Shown here: positions 1-9,551 of the stretch, piece after piece
How positions within the stretch are numbered: position 1 is the first letter of the stretch
How the letters are laid out: each line of letters begins with the position of its first letter
Origin: Clostridia bacterium
GTDB lineage: Bacteria > Bacillota > Clostridia > Oscillospirales > Acutalibacteraceae
Assembly: GCA_017474205.1 (NCBI GenBank)
Contig: JAFVID010000028.1
Location: 7,647 to 71,646, forward strand
Length of the DNA: 64,000 bases
Direction of reading: 5' to 3'
The notes under the pieces: generated by a model
The model's input: the letters and a program-made list of their open reading frames with translations, nothing else
Databases searched by the model: none
Told to the model about the DNA's origin: nothing
Program-made: the position numbers and the translations under genes

Positions 1-592
1 GAATTTCACCCTTGAAAGCGGCTTTATCAACAGGGAGAATACCAAAACTTTCAACGCAAACGCGGAGGGGATTATCACCCTTCATTTCGTCGGTTTGAAC
101 GGGTACCATTCTACCGATGGATGCTTCAACGAAACCAACCTTTTCATCAAGGAGTTTCTTTTCTTCGTCGTTAAGTTCTGCGGCAATAGAATTTTTAAGG
201 AAGGTATCAGCACCGATAAGGTTTTCACAAATGATTATGTTAAGGGGTGCTTTAGAGGGATCTTCCCATCTTTTTCTAAGACCTTGGGAGATATTTTTAA
301 TGATGAATTTAAGAACGTTAACACCAACTGCGGTTGCCATAAGATCTGCTTCGGCAATAGCGGTTGCAACTGCTTCGGGATCTTTACCGTCAACGCAGGA
401 TACGTTCTTAACAAGCATTTCTTCGCTACCTTCTTTGTAAAGGGTGCGAACGGGATAACAATGTTGGGTGTTAAGTTGTTCAATAACGGGATCGGCTACG
501 TCAACAAAGGCAGTTTCGTATCCCGAAAGATACAACAACTGACCGATGAAACCTCTACCAATATTACCTGCTCCGTACATTACTGCTTTCAT
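1..592 (-). CDS. mtlD: mannitol-1-phosphate 5-dehydrogenase, N-terminal ~197 aa (gene continues past the left edge)
   Basis: Hand translation of the reverse strand from ATG (592-590) gives MKAVMYGAGNIGRGFIGQLLYLSGYETAFVDV...NIIICENLIGADTFLK...VGFVEASIGRMVPVQ. The Rossmann GAGNIGRGFIG block and the later blocks match MtlD. It is absent from the ORF track because there is no stop in the window. The + ORFs 95..598 and 117..440 are its antisense shadows. Confidence 0.8.
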   Translation of the reverse strand, partial: MKAVMYGAGNIGRGFIGQLLYLSGYETAFVDVADPVIEQLNTQHCYPVRTLYKEGSEEMLVKNVSCVDGKDPEAVATAIAEADLMATAVGVNVLKFIIKNISQGLRKRWEDPSKAPLNIIICENLIGADTFLKNSIAAELNDEEKKLLDEKVGFVEASIGRMVPVQTDEMKGDNPLRVCVESFGILPVDKAAFKGEI

Positions 593-644
593 TTTTAATT
601 ACTTCCTTTCAGTGTATGAAAAATAACTTAATAATTATAAAACA

Positions 645-1622
645 TTAAAACATAATAGTCAATAGTTCGTCGGAGGAAATGTCCGAAAAATAGGTCTGAA
701 TATTTTGACTTTTTAAGAATTTTTTTATAGTGTCTACATCGTATTCAACGCCTACAAGATTTTTTTCAAATTCTTCAACATTTTGTGTGCCGAAAAAGTC
801 TCCAAATATCTTGGCGGTTTTGATTTTGTTATCACTAATATCAAAACAAACGGTAACTAATCCCCCCTTGAATTTCGCCTCGTTTTTGAAGGAAAAATCC
901 TTATCGAAACCGTAATTCCAATCCTTTGTGGAATATTTTTCACGGTACAAACGGTCTATTTCCCTCTCATCTTCGGGGGTGATTTCATACATAATATTCT
1001 CATCATTTTTGAGGGCAAAATCCAACAATATATCCTTAAACTCGGTAACGGACATATCTCTTTCAATATGCTCCGATATGTTGGTAACGCGACTTTTTAC
1101 CGATTTTATACCCTTACTTTGTATCTTTAAGGGATTAACCTTAAGCACGTTTGTAAGACGGGTAACGTCGGCAGAAAAAAGCAAGGTGCCGTGGTGAAGC
1201 ATCCTGCCCTTGTGCATAGTCTGGGCATTGCCCGATATTTTTTTATCTCCTATGCAAATATCGTTTCTGCCACTTAAAGATGCATCTATTCCCAATGATT
1301 TTAACGCCTCAATAATGGGTGCGGAAAAGGATGCGTAATCTCCAAACTTGTGGGATGCATTCTCCTCAATAAAGGTATAATTAAGATTACCTAAATCGTG
1401 AAAAACCGCACCGCCACCGGTTAAACGACGCACCACGGGGATACCCTCTTTTTCAGCATAGGGGATATCTATCTCGGCGTATGTATTTTGATTGCGACCC
1501 ACAATAACCGAGGATTCGTTTCTCCAAAGAATGAAGTAACTTTCCCTTTTTTGTTTTAGAAAATATTCCTCCGCCGCCAAATTGATATGTGGGTCGGTGG
1601 TTTTTAGTTCAACAACAAACAT
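645..1622 (-). CDS. lplA: lipoate-protein ligase A
   Basis: 325-aa ORF with LplA/BPL catalytic-domain blocks (VVRRLTGGGAVFHDLGNLNYTF; ISGNAQTMHKGRMLHHGTLLF) and a C-terminal LplA accessory region. Confidence 0.85.
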   Translation of the reverse strand: MFVVELKTTDPHINLAAEEYFLKQKRESYFILWRNESSVIVGRNQNTYAEIDIPYAEKEGIPVVRRLTGGGAVFHDLGNLNYTFIEENASHKFGDYASFSAPIIEALKSLGIDASLSGRNDICIGDKKISGNAQTMHKGRMLHHGTLLFSADVTRLTNVLKVNPLKIQSKGIKSVKSRVTNISEHIERDMSVTEFKDILLDFALKNDENIMYEITPEDEREIDRLYREKYSTKDWNYGFDKDFSFKNEAKFKGGLVTVCFDISDNKIKTAKIFGDFFGTQNVEEFEKNLVGVEYDVDTIKKFLKSQNIQTYFSDISSDELLTIMF

Positions 1623-1646
1623 AAAATTCTCCTAAAATATCATATT

Positions 1647-2504
1647 TTACTCGGCATAAAGGAGATTTGAAAGTTCACCAATTTGCGAAAGGGATAATTC
1701 CTCAATTCTTGCACCTGAGGAAAGCCCCATCTCTTCAAGCGCCTTTGCGGTGGTTTCTTTAGGGATATTCGCCCCCGATAAAAGTGCATTTGTAAGTGTC
1801 TTTCTTCGTTGTGCAAAACCCGCCTTTATCACGCTGAAAAAGTGCTTTTCATTTTTAACATCCACAGGGGGATTTTTGTGTGGGATAAGTCGGATAACCT
1901 CACTTTCCACCTTGGGTGGCGGAAAAAATGACCCTGGGGATACTCGGAAAAGTCGTTCACATTCGGCATAATATGCCACCGCAGCGGTAACCGCTCCCGA
2001 CTGTCTACTGCCGACTTTAGCACAAATTCTATCGGCAAACTCCTTTTGCACCATAACCGTAATGGCAGAAAGGGGGATTTTATCCTCTAAAAGTTTCATT
2101 ATAATCGGGGTGGTTATGTAGTAGGGAAGGTTGGCACAAAGATATACATCTCCCCCGTCAAATTCATCCTCAATTAACTGTTTAAGGTCGATTTTAAGGG
2201 CGTCTTCGTGGATGACCTTAACGTTATCGTAATCCTTAAGGGTTTCGCCGAGTACTGGGATAAGCCCCGAGTCAAGTTCAATAGCCACGGTTTTTTTAGA
2301 TATCTTTGCAAGTTGCTCGGTTAAAACACCCACACCCGGGCCGATTTCAATAACTCCGTCATTTTCGGTAGCACCGCACATATCCGCCATTTGAGGACAA
2401 ACGCTCGGATTTACAAGAAAGTTTTGACCTCTTGCCTTGGTAAGCACAATACCGTGGCGGAAGAGTATCTCTTTAAGATATTTTGGATCGGTAAGTCGCG
2501 ACAT
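1647..2504 (-). CDS. rsmA: 16S rRNA (adenine1518/1519-N6)-dimethyltransferase
   Basis: 285 aa. GQNFL start block, SAM-binding VIEIGPGVGVLT and NLPYYITTPII, all typical of KsgA/RsmA. Confidence 0.9.
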   Translation of the reverse strand: MSRLTDPKYLKEILFRHGIVLTKARGQNFLVNPSVCPQMADMCGATENDGVIEIGPGVGVLTEQLAKISKKTVAIELDSGLIPVLGETLKDYDNVKVIHEDALKIDLKQLIEDEFDGGDVYLCANLPYYITTPIIMKLLEDKIPLSAITVMVQKEFADRICAKVGSRQSGAVTAAVAYYAECERLFRVSPGSFFPPPKVESEVIRLIPHKNPPVDVKNEKHFFSVIKAGFAQRRKTLTNALLSGANIPKETTAKALEEMGLSSGARIEELSLSQIGELSNLLYAE

Positions 2505-2626
2505 AATTTCACCTTGCTTTTACATTTCACACATTTTTTATAATAATATCACAAAACGGGTTGCAAAAAAAGTGTTTTTACAATATAATTATAAAATAAT
2601 TATAATTTTTCTCGGAGGGACGTTTT

Positions 2627-3127
2627 ATGAGTTTGAAAGTTGACCGTATTGACAAAAACAACTACTACCTCGACATCGCAGAAACCGTTTTAGAAAGAGG
2701 CACCTGCCTTAGAAGAAATTTTGGTGCCATTATTGTTCGCAATGACCAAATTTTATCCACAGGATACACCGGTGCACCCCGTGGTCGCAAAAACTGTATT
2801 GATATGGGTGAATGTCTTCGTAGCAAACTAAACATCCCCCGTGGTGAGCGATACGAACTTTGCCGTTCGGTTCATGCCGAGGCAAATGCCATTATCGCCG
2901 CATCCCGTAACGATATGATTGGCGCTACCCTTTATCTTGTAGGTCGTGAAAAGAAATCGGGAGAACTTGTAGAAAACACCGCTCCCTGCGCTATGTGCAA
3001 ACGCCTCATCATCAATGCAGGTATCGATAAGGTGGTTATCCGCCGTACCGCAACCGATTTTGAGGTTAAACTCGTTCGCGATTGGATTTTTAACGACGAT
3101 TCCTTAGACGGACAACTTGGATATTGA
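2627..3127 (+). CDS. deoxycytidylate (dCMP) deaminase
   Basis: 166 aa with zinc-ligand motifs HAEANAI and PCAMCKRLI of the cytidine/dCMP deaminase family. Confidence 0.85.
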   Translation: MSLKVDRIDKNNYYLDIAETVLERGTCLRRNFGAIIVRNDQILSTGYTGAPRGRKNCIDMGECLRSKLNIPRGERYELCRSVHAEANAIIAASRNDMIGATLYLVGREKKSGELVENTAPCAMCKRLIINAGIDKVVIRRTATDFEVKLVRDWIFNDDSLDGQLGY

Positions 3128-3148
3128 TATTCGAAAGAGTGATTTATT

Positions 3149-3805
3149 TTGACCGGTAAACTTATTGTAATCGAAGGCCTTGACGGAAGCGGTAAGACCA
3201 CCCAATCTGACCTTCTTTTTGAAAAATTTAAGAAAGAGGGCAAAAACCCCCGACTTTTATCCTTCCCCTGCTACGACGACCCCTCAAGTGCCTTGATTAA
3301 GATGTATCTTAACGGTGAACTTGCCCCCGATGCCAATCAGATAAATGCATACGCCGCATCGGTTTTATATACCGTTGACCGCTATGCATCATATCGCAAG
3401 GATTGGATGAATTTTTATCTTGATGGCGGGCTTCTTATCGCCAACCGATACACCACGTCCAACATAGTTCATCAAATGAGCAAACTCGAAAAGGATGAAT
3501 GGGATAACTATATTGAATGGTTAGAGGATAACGAGTATAACAAAATCGGTATCCCCCGACCCGATATGGTTATTTATCTCGATATGCCCATTGAGGTATC
3601 TCAAAAACTTATGACCGGTCGATATGACGGGGATGAAAATAAAAAAGATATTCACGAAAAGGATGTAAATTATCTTAAATCCTGCCGTGAAACCGCCCTT
3701 CACGCCGCCGAAAAATGCGGTTGGAAGGTTATATCCTGCGCCAAAGATGGTGAACCCTTATCCATCGAAGAAATCCACAACAAAATCTCTCTTTTATTTG
3801 AATAA
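3149..3805 (+). CDS. tmk: thymidylate kinase-like (d)NMP kinase
   Basis: 218 aa with P-loop LIVIEGLDGSGKTTQ and the overall dTMP-kinase layout. The start at 3149 is TTG. It sits next to dCMP deaminase. Confidence 0.7.
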   Translation: MTGKLIVIEGLDGSGKTTQSDLLFEKFKKEGKNPRLLSFPCYDDPSSALIKMYLNGELAPDANQINAYAASVLYTVDRYASYRKDWMNFYLDGGLLIANRYTTSNIVHQMSKLEKDEWDNYIEWLEDNEYNKIGIPRPDMVIYLDMPIEVSQKLMTGRYDGDENKKDIHEKDVNYLKSCRETALHAAEKCGWKVISCAKDGEPLSIEEIHNKISLLFE

Positions 3806-3823
3806 ATTGTAGGTGTAAACTTT

Positions 3824-4366
3824 ATGATATATTTATTTTTAGCCGACGGATTTGAAGAAATAGAAGCCCTTGCAACCTTAGATTTGCTCCGTAGAGTAGG
3901 TCTTGACGTTATCACCGTTGCGGTGGGCAAAAAAGAAATTACAGGTGCTCATAATATTAAAATTATTCCCGATATCCCCCTAAAAAAAGTTAAACTCGAC
4001 GATAATCTTAAAGGAATAATTCTCCCCGGCGGAATGCCCGGCACCCTTAATCTTAATAAGAATGATACGGTGCAAAAAGCAATAGATTTTTGTGCAAACA
4101 AGGGCAAAATGATTGCCGCTATTTGTGCTGCACCCATGATACTCGGCAAAAAAGGATTGCTTAACAATCGTTGTGCCACCTGCTTCCCCGGATATGAAAA
4201 GGATTTAGAGGGCGCTATAATTGGTGATTCTGTCTGCAAAGATGAAAACTATATCACCGCAAAGGGTGCAGGTGTTTCGGTACAATTTGCCCATAAAATT
4301 ATTGAATATTTCAAGGGCACTGAGTGTGCCGATAAACTTTTGGAGGATATTCAATGGCTCAAATAA
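3824..4366 (+). CDS. DJ-1/PfpI (ThiJ) family protein
   Basis: 180 aa. Nucleophile-elbow block AAICAAPMILG and an N-terminal LADGFEEIEA pattern, as in the DJ-1/YajL family. Confidence 0.8.
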   Translation: MIYLFLADGFEEIEALATLDLLRRVGLDVITVAVGKKEITGAHNIKIIPDIPLKKVKLDDNLKGIILPGGMPGTLNLNKNDTVQKAIDFCANKGKMIAAICAAPMILGKKGLLNNRCATCFPGYEKDLEGAIIGDSVCKDENYITAKGAGVSVQFAHKIIEYFKGTECADKLLEDIQWLK

Positions 4367-4974
4367 CCGACATTCGCGAGTATAAGAAAAATCTTCGTAC
4401 CCGCTACAAAAATGAACGGTTAAAACTTTCTCCCACCGAAAAACAAAACTTAGATGAGGGCGTATTTAACCGCTTTCTAAAACTTAATCAATATGCCTCT
4501 TCCACCACCATACTTGCCTACGTGTCTACCAATATTGAGGTGGATACCCGTAAAATCATCGAAAGAGCATTAGAGGATGGAAAACGTGTAGCGGTGCCCT
4601 ACTGTGTGCCCGATACCCGTCTTTTGGAATTTTATTTAATCGACTCTTTAGATGACCTAATGCCGGGCGCTTTTGGTGTTTTAGAGCCCACCCCCGACCC
4701 CGAAAAGCGTCTTATCGACTGGGAAAAGAGTCTTTGCGTTGTCCCCGGACTTTGCTTTGACTTTAACGGATATCGCCTTGGCTTCGGCAAGGGATATTAC
4801 GATAGATTTCTTTCTGAATATACAGGCATCAGGGTTGGAATTTGCTATTCATCAGGAGTTAGAGGCCACCTTCACCACGGTCGATATGACCGCACGGTAG
4901 ACGTGCTTGTAACCGAAAAGAATATTAAATCTATCCACCACCGCAAACCCCGCTTTGCAAAGGATATTAGATAA
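4354..4974 (+). CDS. 5-formyltetrahydrofolate cyclo-ligase
   Basis: 206 aa. The C-terminal block GLCFDFNGYRLGFGKGYYDRFL is typical of the MTHFS family. It overlaps the DJ-1 gene by 13 nt. Confidence 0.8.
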   Translation: MAQITDIREYKKNLRTRYKNERLKLSPTEKQNLDEGVFNRFLKLNQYASSTTILAYVSTNIEVDTRKIIERALEDGKRVAVPYCVPDTRLLEFYLIDSLDDLMPGAFGVLEPTPDPEKRLIDWEKSLCVVPGLCFDFNGYRLGFGKGYYDRFLSEYTGIRVGICYSSGVRGHLHHGRYDRTVDVLVTEKNIKSIHHRKPRFAKDIR

Positions 4975-4991
4975 CAACTTAAAAAAGACAC

Positions 4992-5021
4992 AAAAAAGCC
5001 GTGATTGTATCACGGCTTTTT
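4992..5021. terminator. bidirectional rho-independent terminator
   Basis: 8-bp stem GCCGTGAT/ATCACGGC (4998-5005 / 5009-5016) with loop TGT. An A-run lies upstream and a T-run downstream. It sits between convergent genes. Confidence 0.8.
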
Positions 5022-5037
5022 CTATTGCATATTTTTG

Positions 5038-5688
5038 TTATGCATCTAAATTTTCAATCTCTTCAAAACTATAAATATAACTATCGGCGGTTTGTTTTAT
5101 TTCTTCCCAAAAACTTTCGGAGAATTTATCGTAAACGCCTACGGTTTTATATCCCGCCTTTTTGGCGGTGCGAATTGCTACGTTGTTATCATCAAAAAAT
5201 GTGATATTGGAAGGGGGTGTGCCAAGAAGTTTTGCCACCTCTTCATATATCTTCACATCCGACTTTGCAAGGGCAAAATCACTGCAACTCCAGAGATTAT
5301 CAAAAAGGTCGATTACTCCGTTTCGCTTAAGGCAGGGCTCAAGGGTGCAGTGAGGACTTGCGGTGAGAAGATTTATGGATATCCCCTCATCCTTACACTT
5401 AAAAAGGTACTCCTTAACGAAAGGTTTTAGAAGAATTTTCTCTTCATAAGATACCTTTGAAAGTCGATTCATTTTATCCATTATTTCTTCAACCGTCATT
5501 TTAAGTCCTAAGGATATAAAATGCCTTGCCACCTTTTCATCCCCCATTGGGGTTATGACATTTATGGTGTCTTCGGGATAATCTACCCCGTTACCTGCAA
5601 GAAGGGTATCGATATTTTCACACCACTCGGTCATTGAGTCAATCAGAGTACCATCCAAATCAAACAGGTAATATTTTTTGTTTTCCAT
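5038..5688 (-). CDS. HAD-superfamily hydrolase
   Basis: Motif I DLDGTLIDS follows directly after the internal Met (MENKKYYLFDLDGTL). Start moved to 5688, because the track ORF (to 5760) would overlap the dut coding sequence. Confidence 0.75.
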   Translation of the reverse strand: MENKKYYLFDLDGTLIDSMTEWCENIDTLLAGNGVDYPEDTINVITPMGDEKVARHFISLGLKMTVEEIMDKMNRLSKVSYEEKILLKPFVKEYLFKCKDEGISINLLTASPHCTLEPCLKRNGVIDLFDNLWSCSDFALAKSDVKIYEEVAKLLGTPPSNITFFDDNNVAIRTAKKAGYKTVGVYDKFSESFWEEIKQTADSYIYSFEEIENLDA

Positions 5689-5689
5689 A

Positions 5690-6130
5690 CTATTCCTTGC
5701 CTGTAGAGCCGAATCCGCCTGCGCCTCGGTTAGTTTCATCCAAACTATCGCAAATTTCAATGGGCAAACAATATACGGGCATTACACAAAGTTGGGCAAT
5801 ACGCTCATTTTTTGTAATTGTATATGGTTCTTTGCCGTTGTTTATGAGGGCGGCAATAATTTCTCCCCTATAGTCGCTATCGATAACACCTACCGAATTA
5901 GCAAGTCCAATGCCGTGCTTTGTTGATAATCCGCTCCTTGCAAAAAGCAAAGACACGCAGGATTTTGGCACGCTACAGGCAATACCCGTTGGCACCTTTA
6001 CAATATCACCGGGGTTTATGGTGATATCCTCATCAATGCATGCGCAAAGGTCAATACCTGCCGATCCCTCGGTGGCTCTTTTTGGGATAATTGCATTCTC
6101 CCTCATTTTCATTATCTTCAAAGTATCCAT
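5690..6130 (-). CDS. dut: dUTP diphosphatase
   Basis: dUTPase motifs GSAGIDL, ARSGLSTKHGI and GVIDSDYRGEI. Start set at MDTLKIM (6130), giving ~146 aa and no overlap with the upstream gene, which ends at 6147. Confidence 0.9.
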   Translation of the reverse strand: MDTLKIMKMRENAIIPKRATEGSAGIDLCACIDEDITINPGDIVKVPTGIACSVPKSCVSLLFARSGLSTKHGIGLANSVGVIDSDYRGEIIAALINNGKEPYTITKNERIAQLCVMPVYCLPIEICDSLDETNRGAGGFGSTGKE

Positions 6131-6146
6131 AAATTTCCCTTTTCTT

Positions 6147-7022
6147 TTACTCTTCAAGTTGGATGTCTTTTTCATCCGCATCTTCATCATACTGACTTTT
6201 AATTTTGCGACCAAAAATTGCCCTTACAACAATAGCAACAACAAAGGATGCAAAAAATCCAATGGCAAAATATTTAACGTATTTTATCACGTAATATGTA
6301 CCAAAGGCAGACCATTTAAGGGGATAAAATTTTGCCTTGCCCTTAACCAAATGGGCTTGAATTATATTATCTTCCTCAAGAATAGTTTTATCTGCCCTAA
6401 TTTTGTAAGAAATATCCCCCGTTTTATCGTCTCTTATAAGGTCTTCAACCTGAGCTACACAAAGTTCTTTGCGTTCCATATTGGTATATGCAACGATATA
6501 ACTCCCAACAGTGGTTTCGGCAACAATTTCTTCAACACCTTTGGCTTCGTAAAGCACCATATCCCCTCTATTATATTTCGGGGACATTTTTTCGGTGTAT
6601 TCGGGATAAAAACCATAACCAAAAAATTCTTTTTCGGCATCTTTTCCAACAACAAACATCACTGCGCCCAACAAAATTCCAACAACGCATAAAATAATAA
6701 CAATTGTAGTTATTACTCTAACAACGGTTGCCCCTTTTTTTCTAACGTAGGGCGTTGTCATCTCGGGGAATTGAATATCCTCTTGTTCAAAGGCGTCCTC
6801 TTCCTCTAAAAAGATTTGGGGAGCTTTTAATGTTTGTTCCTCTTCCGTTATTAAATTTTCGTCAAGGGATTCTTCCACCGACTCTTCAATCAAATCTTCA
6901 ACGATTTCATCAATGCGGATTTTTTCTAAAACCGTTTCGCTACTTTTATTTTCGGTGAATTCATCTCTTCTTTTCATAAATTCCTCTTGAATTTGCTCAA
7001 GGGTTTTTACGTTGTTTTCCAT
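6147..7022 (-). CDS. membrane protein with acidic N-terminal tail and S26/S24-peptidase-like extracytoplasmic region (function unknown)
   Basis: 291 aa. It has a Glu/Asp-rich first ~90 aa, a TM helix (VVRVITTIVIILCVVGILLGAVMFVV), a block EKMSPKYNRGDMVLYE that resembles the SMxP..GD signal-peptidase block without matching it, and a second C-terminal TM. Confidence 0.45.
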   Translation of the reverse strand: MENNVKTLEQIQEEFMKRRDEFTENKSSETVLEKIRIDEIVEDLIEESVEESLDENLITEEEQTLKAPQIFLEEEDAFEQEDIQFPEMTTPYVRKKGATVVRVITTIVIILCVVGILLGAVMFVVGKDAEKEFFGYGFYPEYTEKMSPKYNRGDMVLYEAKGVEEIVAETTVGSYIVAYTNMERKELCVAQVEDLIRDDKTGDISYKIRADKTILEEDNIIQAHLVKGKAKFYPLKWSAFGTYYVIKYVKYFAIGFFASFVVAIVVRAIFGRKIKSQYDEDADEKDIQLEE

Positions 7023-7048
7023 AAAGGCAACTCCTTTTTTTATTGGAA

Positions 7049-7537
7049 TTACAAACTAAATCTTGGGGCACTTAAAGTATCGGCAGTATCGCCCTCACTT
7101 AAAACATTATCTACAATTTCATCCACCTGAGACCTGCTGTGATATACCTCTTTTTCCTTCGGTGCTTTACCGCTTCCCACCAACTTTTCGTTGGCTCGGG
7201 CTAATGATAAAATCGCCTCAATAAGGGAATCTTTATCTTGAAAAACTTCGGGCTTTGCGGATTTTTTATTCACCTCATCCTCTAACCGTTTTTTTAGAGA
7301 TTCCACCTCTTCTTGTGCCGTGGATATCTCTAAATCGAACCTTTTACTATCCTCTAAAAGTTGAGAATTTTCAAATGTTAATTTGCTTATTACGTTTTCG
7401 AGTTCAGCAATTTTTGTTGTTTGAGCGGTTATCAATTCCTCCGCCTTTTTATATTCGATTTCGATCATATCTACATACACGTCAACTTCACGGGGAGAAT
7501 ATCCATCATTCATCTTTGAAAACACTATTTTTGACAT
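7049..7537 (-). CDS. DivIVA-domain protein
   Basis: Starting at MSKIVFSKMNDGYSPREVDVYVDMIE (DivIVA N-terminal signature F..GY...EVD), followed by coiled-coil sequence. Start moved to the internal ATG at 7537. Confidence 0.65.
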   Translation of the reverse strand: MSKIVFSKMNDGYSPREVDVYVDMIEIEYKKAEELITAQTTKIAELENVISKLTFENSQLLEDSKRFDLEISTAQEEVESLKKRLEDEVNKKSAKPEVFQDKDSLIEAILSLARANEKLVGSGKAPKEKEVYHSRSQVDEIVDNVLSEGDTADTLSAPRFSL

Positions 7538-7777
7538 ACATTTTCCTCTTTTCGAAAAAAGTTTGTACACTTTTATATTATCACACAAAACGACAACATT
7601 CAACACCTTTTCACACAAAATGTTGTGTATTTTGGGGCAAAACACCCTCTTCGCCACACAATTATACTATTGCAATAAAACGGGTTTGATGTTATAATGT
7701 ATTTTGTATAGGTATAGGTGTCGGTATTTTTGCAAAAATTTCGCAAATACTAATAAAAATTAGCGAGGCGATGCAAA

Positions 7778-8497
7778 ATGAACACCCATATATCCTTTAC
7801 AAAAAAACAATACAACATCCCCGAAATTCAAACTCAAAACGAAGAAAACGGGGAGCAAATCACAAGTGATAATCCCGTATTTCCTGCGGTTACCCCTGCC
7901 CTTGGCAAACACGCCATTCATTGTTTAACGGTGGTGGGGCAAATTGAGGGACACTACGTTTTACCATCCCAAAACAAAACCACAAAGTACGAAATGCTTA
8001 TACCTCAACTTGTGGCGGTGGAGGAATCTCCCGACGTGGAGGGACTTATCATTATTCTCAACACCGTGGGTGGCGACGTGGAGGCAGGACTTGCCATCGC
8101 CGAACTTATTGCAGGGATGAAAAAGCCCACCGTATCTTTAGTGCTTGGTGGCGGACATTCCATTGGAGTTCCTTTAGCGGTATCGGCAAAACGATCTTTC
8201 ATCGTGCCGTCGGCATCTATGACAATACATCCCGTAAGAATGAACGGACTTGTTTTGGGTGTATCTCAAACCCTCGATACCCTTCTCCGTATGCAGGATA
8301 GGGTTACCGACTTTGTGGCGGAACATTCAAATATAAGTAAAGACCGATTTAATGAGATAATGACCGCATCGGGTCAACTGGTTTCGGATATAGGCACCAT
8401 CCTTTGCGGAAAACAGGCGGTTAAGGAAGGCATTATTGATGAACTTGGCGGACTAAAAGATGCAATAAAATGTCTATATGAATTTATTGAAAAATAA
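7778..8497 (+). CDS. ClpP-family protein, TepA-like
   Basis: 239 aa. Blocks [26 protein letters not shown] and [12 protein letters not shown]...MTIHPVR resemble the ClpP/TepA (translocation-enhancing protein) family. Confidence 0.75.
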   Translation: MNTHISFTKKQYNIPEIQTQNEENGEQITSDNPVFPAVTPALGKHAIHCLTVVGQIEGHYVLPSQNKTTKYEMLIPQLVAVEESPDVEGLIIILNTVGGDVEAGLAIAELIAGMKKPTVSLVLGGGHSIGVPLAVSAKRSFIVPSASMTIHPVRMNGLVLGVSQTLDTLLRMQDRVTDFVAEHSNISKDRFNEIMTASGQLVSDIGTILCGKQAVKEGIIDELGGLKDAIKCLYEFIEK

Positions 8498-8498
8498 A

Positions 8499-8528
8499 TA
8501 AAAAAACGACCCCGAAAATCGAGGTCGC
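8499..8528 (-). terminator. probable terminator of uppP
   Basis: Hairpin CGACC...GGTCG (8507-8511 / 8523-8527) with inner CGA/TCG pairs, followed on the minus strand by a T-run (A-run 8499-8506 on +). Confidence 0.5.
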
Positions 8529-8547
8529 TCTACATAAAAATTATTCT

Positions 8548-9444
8548 TTAGTTAGCAAGTAAAAAGTATGCGATAACTACAATACCTAAGACTATTCGAT
8601 AATATCCAAAGGCCTTAAAATCGTGCTTCTTGATGTAGGACATAAGGAATTTGATAGCAAGTACCGAAACGATGAAAGAAACCAAGGTTCCTACTATCAT
8701 AACGCCCCATTCAAGACCGCTCATGGCACTTCCGTTCATTACGAATTTAAGCACCTTTAAGGCACTTCCGCCCACCATAGCAGGAATGGAAAGGAAGAAT
8801 GAAAATTCGGCGGCAGCGGTTCGAGAAAGTCCTAAAAGAGTAGCACCCAAAATGGTTGAACCACTTCTTGAAGTACCGGGCACAAGTGCCAAACTTTGAG
8901 CAACACCGATTAAAAATGCGGTAAGGAATGTAAGTTTGGTAACGTCGGAAAACTTTTCCTTAAAGTGCATACTTTCAATTATAATAAAGAGAATACCATA
9001 AACTATCAAAGCACCTGCAACGACGTATGCACGGCTGTTTCCCACAAGCATTTCTTCGATTTTATCGTCAAATGCAATACCCAAAAGTCCACCGGGAATA
9101 CTTGCAATAGCAATCTTTATCCAAAGGGATATTTTATCCATATATACATAATTGTTACAAAACTTTTGAAGACCATTTAAGGGTTTTCCGTTTTGCTCAA
9201 AGAAATAGGGCTTAACGGTGGTAGATTTACAATGGAATGGCCAAATCTTATTCCAAAAAAGCATAACAACCGCAATTATTGCACCAAGTTGAATAACCAC
9301 AAAGAAAAGTTCTTTGAAGGCATCGGATACATTAAGCTTTAAGAATTCATCCACCAAAATCATATGACCGGTGCTACTAATAGGTAACCATTCGGTAATA
9401 CCCTCAACTATTCCTAAAAATATAGATTTCAAAATTTCTATCAC
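8548..9444 (-). CDS. uppP: undecaprenyl-diphosphate phosphatase
   Basis: BacA/UppP motifs EGITEWLPISSTGH and PGTSRSGSTI. A GTG start at 9444 is preferred because GGAG lies 8 nt upstream. The track ORF extends to the ATG at 9486. Confidence 0.9.
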   Translation of the reverse strand: MIEILKSIFLGIVEGITEWLPISSTGHMILVDEFLKLNVSDAFKELFFVVIQLGAIIAVVMLFWNKIWPFHCKSTTVKPYFFEQNGKPLNGLQKFCNNYVYMDKISLWIKIAIASIPGGLLGIAFDDKIEEMLVGNSRAYVVAGALIVYGILFIIIESMHFKEKFSDVTKLTFLTAFLIGVAQSLALVPGTSRSGSTILGATLLGLSRTAAAEFSFFLSIPAMVGGSALKVLKFVMNGSAMSGLEWGVMIVGTLVSFIVSVLAIKFLMSYIKKHDFKAFGYYRIVLGIVVIAYFLLAN

Positions 9445-9551
9445 AATATCATCTCCAAAAGATAAATCACAATAAATAATATACATTACAAACTAAAAAA
9501 ATTCAAGAAGTAAATTATATTCTTTCATCAATACATACGGAGGATTAAAAT

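Noticed and set aside
95-598. 167-aa and 107-aa plus-strand ORFs at the left edge
   Set aside because: The opposite strand translates into a clear MtlD N-terminus from an ATG at 592, so these are antisense shadows.
5910-6692. 260-aa plus-strand ORF spanning the dut / membrane protein region
   Set aside because: It is antisense to two well-supported minus-strand genes, crosses their intergenic gap and gives a Phe/Ile/Asn-rich product. It is an AT-rich shadow ORF.
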